Source of the DNA: Octopus bimaculoides
Taxonomy: Eukaryota
Direction: 5' to 3'
Assembly (NCBI RefSeq): GCF_001194135.2
Contig: NC_068993.1
Location: 25,071,845-25,135,844, forward strand
DNA: 64,000 bases
How positions within the stretch are numbered: the first letter of the stretch is position 1; each line of letters starts with the position of its first letter. The notes under the pieces are model-generated. The model saw only the letters and a program-made list of their open reading frames with translations, was not told the DNA's origin and did not search any database. Below, in pieces: positions 49,397-63,539 of the stretch. The position numbers were made by a program, and so were the translations under genes.

Positions 49397-51632
49397 GTTA
49401 TAGGAGAGAAATTTGTCTGTATCGATGATGGTGCACTTGCAAAAAAAGAGGCTTGGAAATGACATTATGAAAGACTGCTGAATGTTGAGAATGAGTAGGA
49501 AAAGAAGAGTCTGCCAACTGTTGAACCAATTGAGTGACCGGCTACCCGAATTGACAGTTCCATGGTAGATAAAGCAATTAAGGATATGAAGACAGGAAAA
49601 ATCCCCTGGCCCATCAGGAATCACTGTTGAGATGCTTAAAATATCTGGCAGTGTGGATTATGGTCTAGTCACCCATATTGTAAATCAGGTGGTTCACAAA
49701 GGAGTCATACCCAATGACTGGTGTAGCAGCACCATAGTCAAAAAGTAAAATCGATGCCTTAGACGGAAATAATTACAGAGATATCAAATTGCTGGATCAG
49801 GTGGTGAAAGTTGTGGAGAGAGTTATAGCCCAACTAATTAGGGAGAAAGTTAGCTTAGATGCGATGCAGTTTGATTTTGTTCCAGGGAGAAGCACCGCTA
49901 ATGCTATATTTCTTGGAAGGCAGCTGCAGGAGAAATACATAGCCAAAAATAACCTCTGTACTTGACCTTTGTTGACTTGGAAAAAACCTTTGACAGGTCT
50001 TCTGATCTCTTATTTGGTGGTCAATGTGGAAACTATGGATAGATGAGTAGTTGGTGCGAGCTGTACAAGCTATGTACAGGGATGCTACCAGTAAGGTGAG
50101 GGTTGGTAATGAGTACTGCAAAGAATTCAGGGTACAGATAGGGGTTCACCAAGGATCAGTTCTCAGCCACCTCTTGTTCATTATAGTCCTCCAAGCAATA
50201 GCAGAGAAATTCAAAACAGGCTGCCCCTGGGAGCTCCTCTATGCTAATGACCTTACTCTTATAGCTGAATCACTATCTAAACTAGAGAAGTTCCAAGCAC
50301 AAGAATCAAAGGGCTTTAGAGTTAGCCTAGCAAAAACCAAAGTCTTACTAAGTAGGAAGGCAGACAAATCACAAATCCCTTCAGTTAGATGGCCCTGCTC
50401 AATCTGTAGAAAAGGTGTTGGTAGAAACTCCATATGATGCACCTAATGTAAGCTTTGGACAACATAAAAGGTGCAGCAATATCAGAGGAAGGTTAACAGG
50501 GAAACTAGCTTTTGTATGTGGAAGATGCACAGGTACAATAAACACTGAACATGTACAGAAAATAGACTCCATCAGCTGCCAGTGGGGTAAGCTAGAGGTG
50601 GTAGATAGCTCTCGTTATCTCGGTGACCAAGTTAGTAGTGGAGTTGGTTGCTCCAAAAGTGTTGCTGCGAGAACAAGATTAGGCCGGGCAAAGTTCAGAG
50701 AGCTTCTACCACTGCTGGCAAGAAAGAGCCTCTCTCTCAGAGTGAAAGACAGATTGTTTGATGCTTGTGTACCAACAGCTATGTTGCATGGCAGTGAAAC
50801 ATGGACTATGACAGCTAAAGACATGCATTGGCTTGAAAGAAATGAAGCCAGTATGCTTTGCTGGATGTGCAATGTCAGTGTGCATGTTCAACAGTGTAAG
50901 CATCTTGAGAGAAAAGTTAGGCATAAGAAACATGAGATGTGGTGTGCAAGAGAGATAACTGTGCTGGTATGGTCATGTGATACATATGGATGAGGACAGC
51001 TGTGTAAAGAAGTGCTGATCTCTAACTGTGAAGGGAAACTGTGGTAGAGGTAGGCTCAGGAACATGTGGGATGAGGTGGTGAAGCATGATCCTTGAACTT
51101 TGAGTCTCACTAAGGCAATGACTAGTGATTGAGACTTTTGGTGATGTGCTGTGCTTGAGAGGACCCATCAAACCAAGTGAAATCATAGTCATGGTAACTG
51201 GTACCCATGCTGGCGGCACATAAAGAACACCTTTTGAGCGTTGGGCCTCACAGAGGCAAAGTGGCTGAGTTCCTTTCAATTGTTGGGCCTCTTGGAGGCA
51301 GTGACCGAGACCGTTGGTATTATGTTGTGCTTGAGAAGAAGATGCATCAAGCCAAGCAAAATTGCAGTCATGGCTGATACTGGTGTCATGCAAATTACAT
51401 CTTTGCCAGTAGAATGTAAAAGCACCCTGGTGTCATGCAAATAGCACCCCTGCTAGGGGCATGTAAAAGCACTCATTACACTCTCAGAGTGGTTGGCATT
51501 AGGAAGGGCATCCAGCCATAGAAAACCATGCAAAATCAGACTGGAATCTGGTGCAACCTTCCAGCATGCCAACCCAGTCAAACCGTCCAACCCATGCCAG
51601 CATGGACAATGGACGTTAAATGATGAAGATGA
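49397..51632 (+). mobile_element. RTE-type LINE, RT to (GAT)n tail
   Basis: VHQGSVLS, ELLYANDL, WPCSICRKG, RYLGDQV, then a 3'UTR ending gttggcattaggaagggcatccag...gatgaagatga. Confidence 0.9.
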
Positions 51633-54395
51633 ACGTGCAATAGACAGTGGAAAACAACTGATTAGAAAGCTAATTAATTTGCAGTAATTATTTGAATACT
51701 GCAGTGTTTTGGAGGAAAATGCTTTCAAAGTATATTGTAAAAGATTAGGAGTAAAATATTCTTTTGTGGTTATATGTTTGTTTCTCTGAACCATTTTCTG
51801 AACTGCTAAGTTGTAATAATTTCAGGTGTATCAGTTTTCTCAGACTGGTTTGTCAGCATCTTTGTTAAGTGGTTAGTGTTATGAAGGTCATGCAGCCATA
51901 GAAATCATTATGTCAAAAAGGGAATGAATAAGCAAGATGTGGTCCTCCATTTCCTGTAGAAGGCAATGACTTGCAATAACAATTGACTCAGAGCTTTTAC
52001 TCAAACAGTCACTCCAAATATGACTTGACTCAGCATGGCAAGTAGACATAAAAGCATAGTAATGAAGAAGGCTCTTCTACTCTGAGAGCTTTTTTTTTTT
52101 ACTTCCTTCTGAGATGTTTATTTGTATGCATAGATTTATACTTCTGCTTTTGATTATTCTTTCTGCTATTTGTCTTGGTCTTTTTGTGAATATAGACAAA
52201 CATGCTCCAGTGTATGGTAGCCATGACTATATTTCATGTAAAAAAAAAAAAATGAGGGTGAACCACCAACTAACATATTTCATGTCACAGCTTAGTTATT
52301 ATGGATGAATGTTTCTTTCTGTTAAATGCCTTTTATTTTGTTAAATTTCTTTTAGATTGCTATTGTTATTTGTACAGCTAACATAAAACCTAACATTTTG
52401 ATTTTGGTCTCCTAGTTATCTTATTGCTTACTTTCTTGCTGTTGAGTTTTGCAGGATATCGATCATAGGCAGTGTTTTCTCTCTACTTTACCTTTACTAG
52501 ATTTTTTTTCCGCTTTGGTTTATCTTTTTTATGACATTTTCTGTTGTTATGTTTTTATCTAAACCATTTTATCCTATGCAATTAGCTTCTAGTGTATACT
52601 TCATTGTATATAAAGGTTGTTTTTCATGGTGTCTTTTCAGTTTATCCTTCCCTGTTTCTGAATATTTTTCTAGAAATTGTTTAATTGTAACATGCTCTAT
52701 ATTTTGAATGAACTTTTCCCTTCTTGTGCACACAATGTTATACTATATCAACTCCAGTTTGGGATACAAACAAGTAAATTATTAGCTTTCCTTTCTCAGC
52801 TGTTACAATTAATTTTTCTTCCTATATATTATATTGAATCTATAATTTATAAATGGGATGACCATTGTACTTGTGCTGATTATTTGTTTTTTAAAATTAA
52901 ACTGAAATTTTTAGTGTTTTATTCTGACTTTGCAGTTGTACTTTTTATAATTTTTTCCTTCATTTATGTGTGCTATATCTCATTAATTTTATCTACTCTT
53001 CTATATGGGTAATTCTGATCTAATTCTATGACTTTACTGTCTAGATCTAAGAATAGTTTTGGTATAGTTGTCAAAATTCCTGTTACTTTTGAATTCAGCA
53101 GGTTCTAAATCCCTAGTTTGACCCTTAGGATTGATGGAGCAGACTTATGATCCAGTTGTGATCATCATATATTTTACTCAGACAGTGCTTATCCTTTCAG
53201 GTTGAGAGGGTGTGGTCTGTGAGAGATTTGGCTGCTATTTCTAGCAAATTTCACTGCCAAAATTGGAGCACTTTTGTCAGATTACCCTAGTTATAGTAGC
53301 CATTGGCAGTTTGATTGCATAGATTTGTTAATGGAATCAGAGTTAGACAGAAAATGAGAATAAAGAAAATTCTTACAGAGATATAGCTGGTTTTTATTCT
53401 TTCCTTATCATGCAGTGTTAACTGTTCCATTTTGACATGATGTGCTTATAATATTGGGGCTGCTTAGTTTGTGTATAGTTTTGTTTATCCACAAGTATGG
53501 TGTGTTGTAGGAGGCTTTTATCCTCAATCCACACCATATCTAGATTTTTGTTTCTTTTTTTTTCTTTTTCATTTTGCTCCCTTAAAAATCTTGCTTTGTT
53601 TACAAATAGCTGTTCTATAGATTCATAAAAACATCTCCGAAACCATTTCTGTTTCTATAGTCAGATATTAATTTCCAGATAATCTACCAACTTTGTAGGA
53701 GATTATAAATGACAGGGTTTTGTATTATTGGTAAAAAGGTTATTAGGCTATCGGTTTCAAGTTCTTGGTGTTTTTATTTTGAGGAGAATAATATCAACTC
53801 TTTAGCATTTAAACGGGTCATATCTGGCCCAAATATTTTATGTTTATCATTTAAACTGGTTAGATCTAACTTCTCACACCAACCCTACAATGTCATTCTA
53901 AAAGTAAACAATCACTTCATTAAAATATTGAAGCTACAAGATAGCGCATGATAAATTCAAAACAGTGTGAATAATTAAGTATTACATTTGATAGACTAAT
54001 CTGAATGCTAAAATGTTGATATTGTTTCATGTACACAGGTTAAATGTTTAACTGAAATTGATGACTTTATCAATTTCGAAAGGTTATAATTCTTGAGGTT
54101 ATGATTGGTTGGTAAATTACCTTCTAGTTTTATTATGCCATGTTTGTGGTTACTTTATTTCTCTGCCGTTCTTTTTTAATTCATTATGCATCCCTATTAT
54201 GAAGTACTTTCTTTTATTCTTTTTCCCAATGTGTTTGTATTTATGGTGTCGTTAGTGTACACTGCAGTGTAATGTATTTTTATTAATGAATCTTTTAATG
54301 TGTCTTTTGTTACTAATTCTATGAGGGGTAATTTTATCCTTGGTTCTTTTATGGTTGGTAAAATGAGTACCAGTCAAGAACTGAGGTCAGCTTAA

Positions 54396-54613
54396 CCCTT
54401 TTGTTACCATATTTCTGTTGAAAATACACTACCTTGTTTCAATTAATTTAGAAAATAATGAAGAATTTAGCGAAATAACTTTGTCATTATTAATTTGGTG
54501 TTTGTAACATTAACATGAAATTTTGATAGATGGTCTTAATTTAGATCTTTTTAAAACATGAATTTTCTATCATGCAACTGGGAGCAGTCTCAGGCAGGTT
54601 GGTGTAAAAAGGG
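54396..54613. mobile_element. piggyBac-type MITE, second family
   Basis: ttaa|cccttt...aaaggg|ttaa. Confidence 0.75.
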
Positions 54614-54814
54614 TTAATAGACTATGTCCTGCAAAATGTGTGGCCCTGTGCCTGTTCTGAAGTCATTATAAGTACTCATACAGAGCCTATTGTTTTACAA
54701 ATGGGATTAATAATATTCTGCTTCATTGGAATATAGTTTTTTTTTTTAAATGACAATAAAATGCATTTTTTTTTTTTTTTTACTTTTGAAAGCTTAGTTA
54801 ATAGAATAAGCACA

Positions 54815-56165
54815 GGCTGAGAAAACTTCAGAGAGCTACTACCTTTGTTGCTAACAAAGGTCTCTCCCTCAGAGTGAAAGGCTGATTGTATGATGCCTGT
54901 GTATGGACAGCTATGCTGGATGGTTATGAAACTTGGGCTCTGACTGCAGAGGACATGGGAAGGCTTGAAAGAAATGAAGTCAGCATGGGTGTGCAATGTC
55001 AGTGTACATATACAACAAAGTGTTAATGTTTTAAGTAAAACATTGGATATAAAAGACATCAGATGTAATGTTCATGAGAAAAGACTGCACTCGCATGCTC
55101 ATGTGATGCATATGAATGAGGACAGTTGCATAAAGAATTGTCAATCTCTAATTGTGGAGGGAATCTGTGGAAGAGGTAGACCCAAGAAGATGTGGGATGA
55201 AGTGGTGAGATCTTCAGATGTTGTGTCTCACAGAGGAGATGACAAGAGACTGAGACTTCTGGTGATTTGCAGCGCTTGAGAAGTCATGTCAAGCTAAGTA
55301 AAATCGTGGCCATCCATACATACAGATATGTCCTTTACAGCCATCTCCACCTCCTCACACACACACACATGCACACATAATCTACCCTCTGTCAAAACTC
55401 ACCTGCAACCCTATCTTCACAACCACCCCCATTCCACTACTCATGATCACCAACTACTGCAGGCTCCTCCACTCTTACATATCTACCATACCCCACATCC
55501 AGCCACTCCAATTTCTCTGACCATCACTTGCTACTGTCACCTCTTTCCCATCTCAACATTTCTTCTCACACTGTCATGAAATATCCCCCTCTATCCCTTC
55601 TGTACCACTTATACTCCACCCATCCCCCACTATTCCCTGTGTGTAGGTCCTGATGCATCTCCAACATCATCTCTTTCTCTTTCCACCTCTCTCTCTGACT
55701 GCCTTTCTATCTTTTTCTCTCTCCCCCCTCTCTCTCTGACTGCCTTTCTATCTTTTTCTCTCTCCCCCCTCTCTCTCTGACTGCCTTTCTATCTTTTTCT
55801 CTGTTTCTTCTTCCTCTGGTAGCCAAGTATTTGCTCTTCAGTAAGATACCTATCTCTATCCTTCTATTATACTCTAACCTCTCACCTGGTACAAAGTCAC
55901 TACCCTCAGTTCCCCTCCATCTCCAAATTGAGATGTCTTCATCGTGCAAGTGACTTGGTGACCCCACTGGTGTTGGTGCCATGTAAAAAAGTACCCAGTA
56001 CACTCTGTTAAGGGGTTGGCATTAGAAAGGGCATCCAGCCATTAAAACTATGCCAAAGCAGACATTGGAGCCTGATGCAGCTCTTTGGCTTGCCAGCTCC
56101 TATCAAACTATCCAATCCATATCAGCATGGAAGATGGATATTACATGATGATAATGATGAGGATG
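54815..56165 (+). mobile_element. RTE-type LINE 3' portion (older copy)
   Basis: GICGRGRPKKMW, pyrimidine-rich 3'UTR, conserved tail. Confidence 0.8.
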
Positions 56166-57196
56166 GTTTACATATATGCAAAAGGAATAAAAGTGGGCCC
56201 TACCCATATTGATACATAACACCTACCTTAACATAATACTGATCACATGTATTGTATATTGGGCATTTAAACTTGGCAGAGTTTGTTACTTTCCAAGTAT
56301 CGTAGCTGATTTCTTCTAGTGAGAGAGAGAGAGAGAGAGAGAGGAGACAGGAGTAAAGGAGATGTATCAGATAGTATCTATCGACCCAAAAGGGATGCAG
56401 AGTAAGAGCGCATGTGCACGTGCACACACACACATACACACACATGCATATATAGAAAGTGAGATTTATATATCTGTGTTAAGAAATAGAATAGTCAGTG
56501 AAATATGACATCAAATATTTTATAGAAACATTTGTGTGCTTGGGGTGTACCTGTGTCAGCATTTGTGACAGCCTAACAGACACTGTAATCATTATTATAA
56601 TAGACTAACAAGGTAGTGAGCTGACAGAACTTTTAGCACACTGGGCAAAATGGTTTGTAGCATTTAATCCATCTTTACGTTGTGAGTTCAAATTGTTGCT
56701 CAGGTTGACTTTGCCTTTAATCTTTTAGGATTGATAAAATAAGTATCAATCATGCACTGGGGTCAATCTAATCGACTATCCCCTTCCCCCAAATTTCAGG
56801 CCTTGTGCCTATAGCAGAAAGGATTGTTATAGTAGATTGACACCATTACTGATGCTTGTATTTTGTCTTGTTGGAACTATTGTTATTATTATTATTCGGT
56901 GAGACCTATTAAGCTGTTAGTTTAGTTGTAGCATTTAGAACAGCTGATACAAAATGTTAATCTGATTGATTGCTGATGACATTGTAACACAATTTATTGC
57001 CTGTATCTCCTTAATACAATGTTTTCCTTTATTGTGTAGAACACATGTATGTTTAATGAATCAGATTTTTTTCTAAACCCTGCCAGCTCTATTGTGGACT
57101 TGTATATTGATGTAGATATCAAACAACAATTATTTGTGCATCCATGAGTGTGGGTGTGTATGAGAAAGATGGAGAGAGTGTCAGTAAGAAGAGAGC

Positions 57197-57238
<42 letters not shown>

Positions 57239-58384
57239 GCATACTTATGCACACACACACATACTTATGCACACGCACACATATACGTACATACATACAT
57301 ACATACACACGAACACAACATTCAAGTGGTACTTGTTTGGCAAGTGACTTGATCTGAGAACTTATGTTGAAAGTGAAACAATGATATAGAAGTGTTATTT
57401 CACTCATATATGAAGACACAAAAGACATGTTTATTTGCTATTTGTTAATAGTAAAGTCTGATAAGAAACGTTAAAAGTTTCCATTGCACTGTTGTGACCT
57501 GGTCTCTGAAACAATTTAGATGTCATGTTTCTATATGAGTGACCAGATCAGAAAAGTACAATGAAGTTTTATCGATCCTTTCAAACAGACTGCACTACAA
57601 CTTGCAGTGTCATTTAATCCTTTGGCATTCAGATTCTTCTGTAAACTGTAATGTTTATTTATTCACATTGTTTTCAATTAATTATGCATTATCTCATAGC
57701 TTTGAGATTTTGATGATGTGATTGCTTATTTTTATTATGCCATCGTAGGGTAAGTGTGAGAGGTCAGATCTGGCTAGTTTGAACATAAAACAGATCAAAT
57801 ATTCAGGCTGGATATGGCTTGTTTAAATGCTAAAGGGTTAAGTATTGAATGGAATGAATCTATAACATATGATGAGATAAATGTTGCTTTTTATCCTTTT
57901 GAGGTTGATGAGAATATATCAGTGCTGGGTGGTAGATGAGTGGAATTGAAAGAGTGATGGTTGAGATTACCTTTTGGTTTCTGTGCATTGCAGGTTCAAA
58001 TTCAACTTGCTTTCATGTAAAAAAAAAATAAATAAATAAATAAAAACATTGAGGAATGGCAAAAGTGGTTGTTGTCTGAGGAAGTCTTCAAGCAAGTGTC
58101 TAAATATTTTTGGTTTTCACTCTCAACACCAGTATTCCAGCTTGCACAAAAGAATGCTCCATGGTCTTTTGATTTTTGTGCAATTGACTGAAAATAAAGG
58201 AATGAATGAGAGGCACACACAGAGATGTATAGTTAAAAATTTAAGTTTGCGACCACATGGTTTCAGGTTCAGTCCTACCATGTGGAATCTTGAGCAGGTG
58301 CATTCTACATTAACCAGGTGCCTTGTAAGTGAAGTTTAAGGGATGAAGACTGTACGACTGTACTACTGTATAATGTATGTGTGT

Positions 58385-58838
58385 GTATATAGATATATGT
58401 TGTATATTATTTACATTACTTACATTCGACGGATATTTGTCCTCATCTTGTTTGTTGTTAACACAACATTTCAGCTGATATACCCTCCAGCTTTCTTCAA
58501 GTGTCTTGGGGAAATTTTGAACCTGGGTTCTCATTCCTAAGGTATTTTTTGATGTTATTATTATTGTTGTTATTATTATTATTATTATTATTGGAATCGA
58601 ACTCGGAATCTTGGGGTTAGTAGCCCACGCTCTTAACCACTATGCCATATGCTCATGGGCAATTATGGAGTGAATTTTAGGGCTTATAAATCTAATATTT
58701 TTCTATCCTTCCTTAATATCAGTTTCCATATGCTGCTCATATCTGCACTCGGTCTGCTTAGGAGGTCGTTGTGTCCTAACATATGTGCTGCTTCTTTTAA
58801 TTTTCTTATTTTCCAGTGGTGTTCCTTGTCTACTATTC
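58385..58838 (-). mobile_element. Penelope-like element 3' end: GIY-YIG C-terminus, tRNA-like A/B boxes, hammerhead
   Basis: Minus frame reads IVDKEHHWKIRKLKEAAHM...MSSIWKLIL...stop, followed by box A TGGCATAGTGG, box B GAGTTCGATTCC, (AAT)n and the ribozyme. Confidence 0.8.
58460..58505 (-). ncRNA. Minimal type I hammerhead ribozyme, decayed core
   Basis: GACAC-TTGAAGA-A-AGCTGG-agggtata-TCAGCT-GAAA-TGTT^GTGTT. C3 is T, and the expected ACGT helix III reads ATGT. Confidence 0.7.
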
Positions 58839-59242
58839 ATCAGTAATAGCCAATATATACATGGAATACTTTGAGAATTTGGCTTTAGGATCAACACCAC
58901 TAAAACCAACACTATAGCTATGATATGTTGATGACATCTTTATACTCTGGCCCCTCTAGGAAGATGTCCAAGTGCTGTTAGATCATGTGAACTCAATACA
59001 GCCATCCATACAGTTCACAATGGAAAAAGAAAAAGACAATCAGCTGGCATTCCTGGACGTATTGATAACATGCACCAAGTATGGATTCAGGACATCCTTA
59101 TACTGCAAGCCAACCTTCACTGGACGATACCTCAACTTCAATTCCCACCATCCATACAGTGTAAAGGGAGGGATTGCTCAGTGCCTAAAACATTGTGCAG
59201 AGAATATAAGTAGCAATTGTAATACACACCACAAAGAAATGT
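58838..59242 (+). mobile_element. Penelope-like RT fragment, inverted relative to the adjacent 3' end
   Basis: SVIANIYMEYFE...YVDDIF...IQFTMEKE..QLAFLDV...KPTFTGRYLNFNSHHP. Confidence 0.88.
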
Positions 59243-59244
59243 AA

Positions 59245-62200
59245 GTAAATTCAAATATGATTCTGAAGAAGGAGTAACCTTCGAGGTTTACTTTCAAAGA
59301 TTTAAACAAATTTTTGAAAAAGAACGTCAGGATTGGATGGACGAAATGAAAACGCATCTAGTTTTTTAAAAACTAGTGACAGCAGAGCATGAGAAGTATA
59401 GTAACTTCATATTGCCAAAAAAGCGTCCAATATAAATTTCACCAACACACTTGGCATTCTGTGCAAAATGTTTAGTGAAAAGAGCTCACTGATTAATACT
59501 AGATGGGGATGTTTAAACATAGAAAAGAGCGAAGATGAAGACATAACTACTTACAGAGGCAGAGTCAACAAAGAATGTGAGAGATTTAGGCTGGATATGC
59601 TTACTCCAGATTCTTTCAAGTGTTTGGTTTTTGAACAAGGATTGACAGATGGAAGGGATGCAGAAATCCAAACAAAAATTCTAGCAAAACTGGAAATGAA
59701 CCAGTTGGAAGAGTGTGACATGATATTGAAATTAAGGCATGACGTGGAAGAAATTCAACGGAAAGAGTGTTTCCACATAAGACCAGTGCAAAAAAGTCGC
59801 AAGACAAATAAAGTGTTACAGGAAAAACCGAAAAAATATCCGGATGTAGACCCATGTACAGCATGTAGTGGGATGCACCTATTTTCAGGCCCAAATGGAA
59901 CATGCTGTTTGTGTCAGTAGACCAGGTCAGTAAAGAGCTAGAAAAGTTAGAACACCCGAATATAATTGAAAAGATTGACCATGCAGAATGGGCAGTACTG
60001 GCGGTCTACGTAAAAAATAATAATAATAAGCTAAGAGTGTGCGCAGACTTCTCAAACAGGTTAAATAACTGTTTGCTTGCACACAGTTACCCACTACCAA
60101 ACCCAGAAGTATTTGCTAAACTAAACGGAGGAAAATTTTTTCAAAGTTGGACCTCTCAAAAGCATAGCTTCGAATTCAGTTAGAGGAAGATTGAACACAT
60201 CTACTAACAATCAAGATTCACCATGGATTGTACAAGTTCAAACGACTGCCATTTGGAGTAAAAGTGGCACCCATCATATTCCAACAAATAATGGAGTGAT
60301 GTTAAGTGACTGCGACTTTGCCATCACATACATCGATGACATTTTGATAAAAAGTGAGATTTGGGTGTAACACATGAAGAAAGTATTCGAAGAACTAAGT
60401 GAATATGGACTAAAACTGACTGAAGAAAAATGTGAATTTTTGATGGAACAATTAAAATATCTAGGTCAGGTAATCGACGAAAGTGGATGCAGACCAGACC
60501 CATCAAGGGCGACAGCAATACAAAATATGCCACCCCTGACAGACGTGACAATGCTATAAGCATTCCTAGGCTTGATAAATTATTACCAAATGTACATCCC
60601 AAATATACATAAGGTAAGGGCACAACTTAATGAATTATTTTTAAAAAAAATACCAAATGGGTTTTGACAGAAATGCCAGAAAGCATTTGAGTTCAAAGTT
60701 GTGTTAACTTCAGACTTGTATCTTACACATTTCAACCCAAAGTTAGAAATAATACTAGCTACAGATGCTAGTGAGTATGGAATAGGAGCCGTACTCCTAC
60801 ACAAGGACAACAATGGCAAGAGAAATGCCGTAGCTCACACATCAAGGATATTATTGCCGACAGAAAAGAGCTATAGTCAGATTGAAAAAGAGGCATTGGT
60901 TATTATATTTGGCATAAAAAAAGTTCCACAGGTTCATTCATGGCAGAGGTTTTTGGTTGCAAACTGATCATAGACTTCTAATAATGATATATGGATACAA
61001 GAAAGGAATCCCAACACATACGGCAAACAGACTGCAGTGGTGGGGTACCATTCTATTAAACTACAATTATAGAATGGAATATCTGCCTTCAAAAAAGTTG
61101 GGGCATGCTAATGGTCTGTTTAGGTTAATTCTGAGAAATAATGAACCACTGGATGACACTGCAATAGCAACGCTAAGAGTGGAAGCAGAAACAAAAGAAG
61201 TGATGTGGAACATTGTATGTGAACTACCAGTAACTTTGGAAGAAATAAAAAGAAATGCAACAAATGACAAATTTATTAATGAGACAAAAAGAAAACTGTG
61301 GTCGACAAAAGTAAATAAAGAAAGGTCTGATGCAAATAACTGCCAAGATGTGAGCGTGTACTGTATATGTAATGGCGTATTAATGTATGCTTAGAGGGTG
61401 GTCATACCACAGACATTACAGAAGAGAATGCTAAAAGAGTTCCATGTGGGACATCTAGGTATCTCTAGAATGAAAGTGCTGATGTGAAGTTTTGTATACT
61501 GGCCAAGCATGGACAAGGAAGTTGAAAACCTGGTAAAAGGCTGCAGAGGATGTGTGCTGGCAGTGCAACTACCGACTACGAAATGTGAACCTTGGCCAGA
61601 AGTGAAAATATCACGGTCCCAATTGCATATCAATTCTGCAGGCCCGATAAATGGATATTATTACTTAATAGTAGTGGACAGCCACATAAAATGGCCTGAG
61701 ATCGCGAGGTGTAAACGACCAACCTCGTATATGGTAATAAACTTCTTACATGAGCTGTTCACAAGATTTGGTGTACCAGACATAATTATCTCTAATAATG
61801 GAACACAGTTTGTATCCTGAGTTTAAAAGATTCTGTGAAATGTTTGTTAGAACTTAAAACTATATCACCTTAGATCGAATGGAAGGGCCGAACGGATCAT
61901 GGACATTTTAAAGAAAGCTAATAAGGAAGCCATGGACAAGGTCATGATTCAACAATTCTTAAGGGTATACAGGATAACTCCGAACCCAAATGCACCAGAA
62001 GGTAATTCACCAACAGAATTAATGTTTGCCAGGAAGGTGAAGTCGGTTACCAGTGAAGAAAAAATATGTGCTAGTAAAGACATGTCAAAATTCTTTAGAA
62101 TTGATGATAAGGTATATGTAAGAATGTACGAAAATGGCAACCAATACTGGTAAGAAGGAGAAATTGTAACATAATTAGGAAGAATGATGTATGGTGTAAG

Positions 62201-62684
62201 AAGCAGAAATGGAATGAATAGGAGACAAAGAAATCAGCTTATGGAAAGAGTCATAGAAAAGGAACCAACAAGAGTAGAAATACAGATGGATTGGCTATAT
62301 GACATTTTTAGGTCCCAACACCATGACAAGGAGTCAAAACCACATGTACAAGGAAAAGAAAGAACATTGGATTCTTGAAAGTAGACCTTAAGAAGCAAAG
62401 ATATTGTGTAAATAAAAAGAAAAAAAGGTGAAGGTGGGGTGAATAAAAGAAATTGATTGTTAAATAAAATAATTAAAAGGGGAGATGTATTGTGAAACTG
62501 TATACCTCTCCTGGTAAAAAGTGGTAGGAGTCAGCTATTATAAATAGATCAGTAGTTGGTCGTCAAGAGGGATCGAGAGTCAAAGTATTGAGAGTCAACA
62601 GCTCTAGTTGGTGGGTTGTGGAGCTATCAGCGATAATAAGACAGAAGACTTTAGTGTATTAATACTCTAGTACGAAGTGATACA
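59245..62684 (+). mobile_element. Decayed Ty3/Gypsy LTR retrotransposon (gag-RT-RNaseH-IN, 3' LTR only)
   Basis: gag EEGVTFE..F; RT LRVCADFS and YIDDIL; RNaseH ATDASEYGIGAVL, YSQIEKEAL, TDHRLL; integrase HxGH..CxxC and D,D,E. PPT 62475-62485, LTR TGTAT...ATACA 62486-62684. Protease region is deleted. Confidence 0.92.
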
Positions 62685-62986
62685 ATGATATTTCACCATG
62701 TCACATTGTCTTCCTGAATAAGAAATTCTAAAATTTTACTCTATCCATAAATGAACTCAGTAGTCTTGATAATGAGTTACCAAGCAATATCTCCATTAGC
62801 TCCTGAATGGATTACTTGAATAATTGAATAATTAGTTAGCATTTAATATACTTGGTGCTATTGGATGTTACAGGATGTTACAGATGTTTTACTGTCATCA
62901 TTCCATCATTTAAATATAAACACAAACAACTGACTTAACACCAGCCAACTTCATTGTTAGCATGCATGAATGTGTATATTTGAGAA

Positions 62987-63061
<75 letters not shown>

Positions 63062-63539
63062 GAATCATATGTACTACTATCAGTAATGAAAAGGGTGAAA
63101 GTGTCACGCTTGACTAAATGTTCTACCTTGTAAGAAGTTTGTTCCTTCTTTCTCTCTTGCCCCTCCTGTCCTTCTGCTGCTGTTACTGGGGTGATACATT
63201 TATATTTTTTTAATCTTTTACTTGTTTCAGTCCTTTGACTGCACCCAGAACATTTTTTTTCTAGTCTAGTACTTATTCTATCTGTGTCTTTTGCCAAACC
63301 ACTAAGTCATGGGGATGTAAACACATCAACACCAGTTATTAAGTGGTGGTGAGGGACAGACACAGACACAAAGAAACACACACACGCACACACACAAAAT
63401 GAGTTTGGAAGAATATATTACCCAGGTGTATTAGCTTTCAGTTAAGTTCCAGTTAACAGCTAACCACTTCAATCAGTATTTAATGTCTGGGACTACAATT
63501 TGTTGTTAGTCACCCCATGAATCCTTCCGATGGGTAATT

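Noticed and set aside
58593-58654. tRNA gene (also the SINE heads elsewhere)
   Set aside because: A and B boxes are present but there is no complete acceptor stem or cloverleaf, so these are tRNA-derived only.
58808-58846. Minus-strand CTGATGA...GAAA motif
   Set aside because: There is no helix III or helix I pairing, and it straddles the Penelope inversion junction in coding sequence.
59262-59292. CTGAAGA-AGG...CCT-TCGAGG hammerhead look-alike
   Set aside because: There is no GAAA or helix III, and it is Gypsy gag coding sequence (EEGVTFE).
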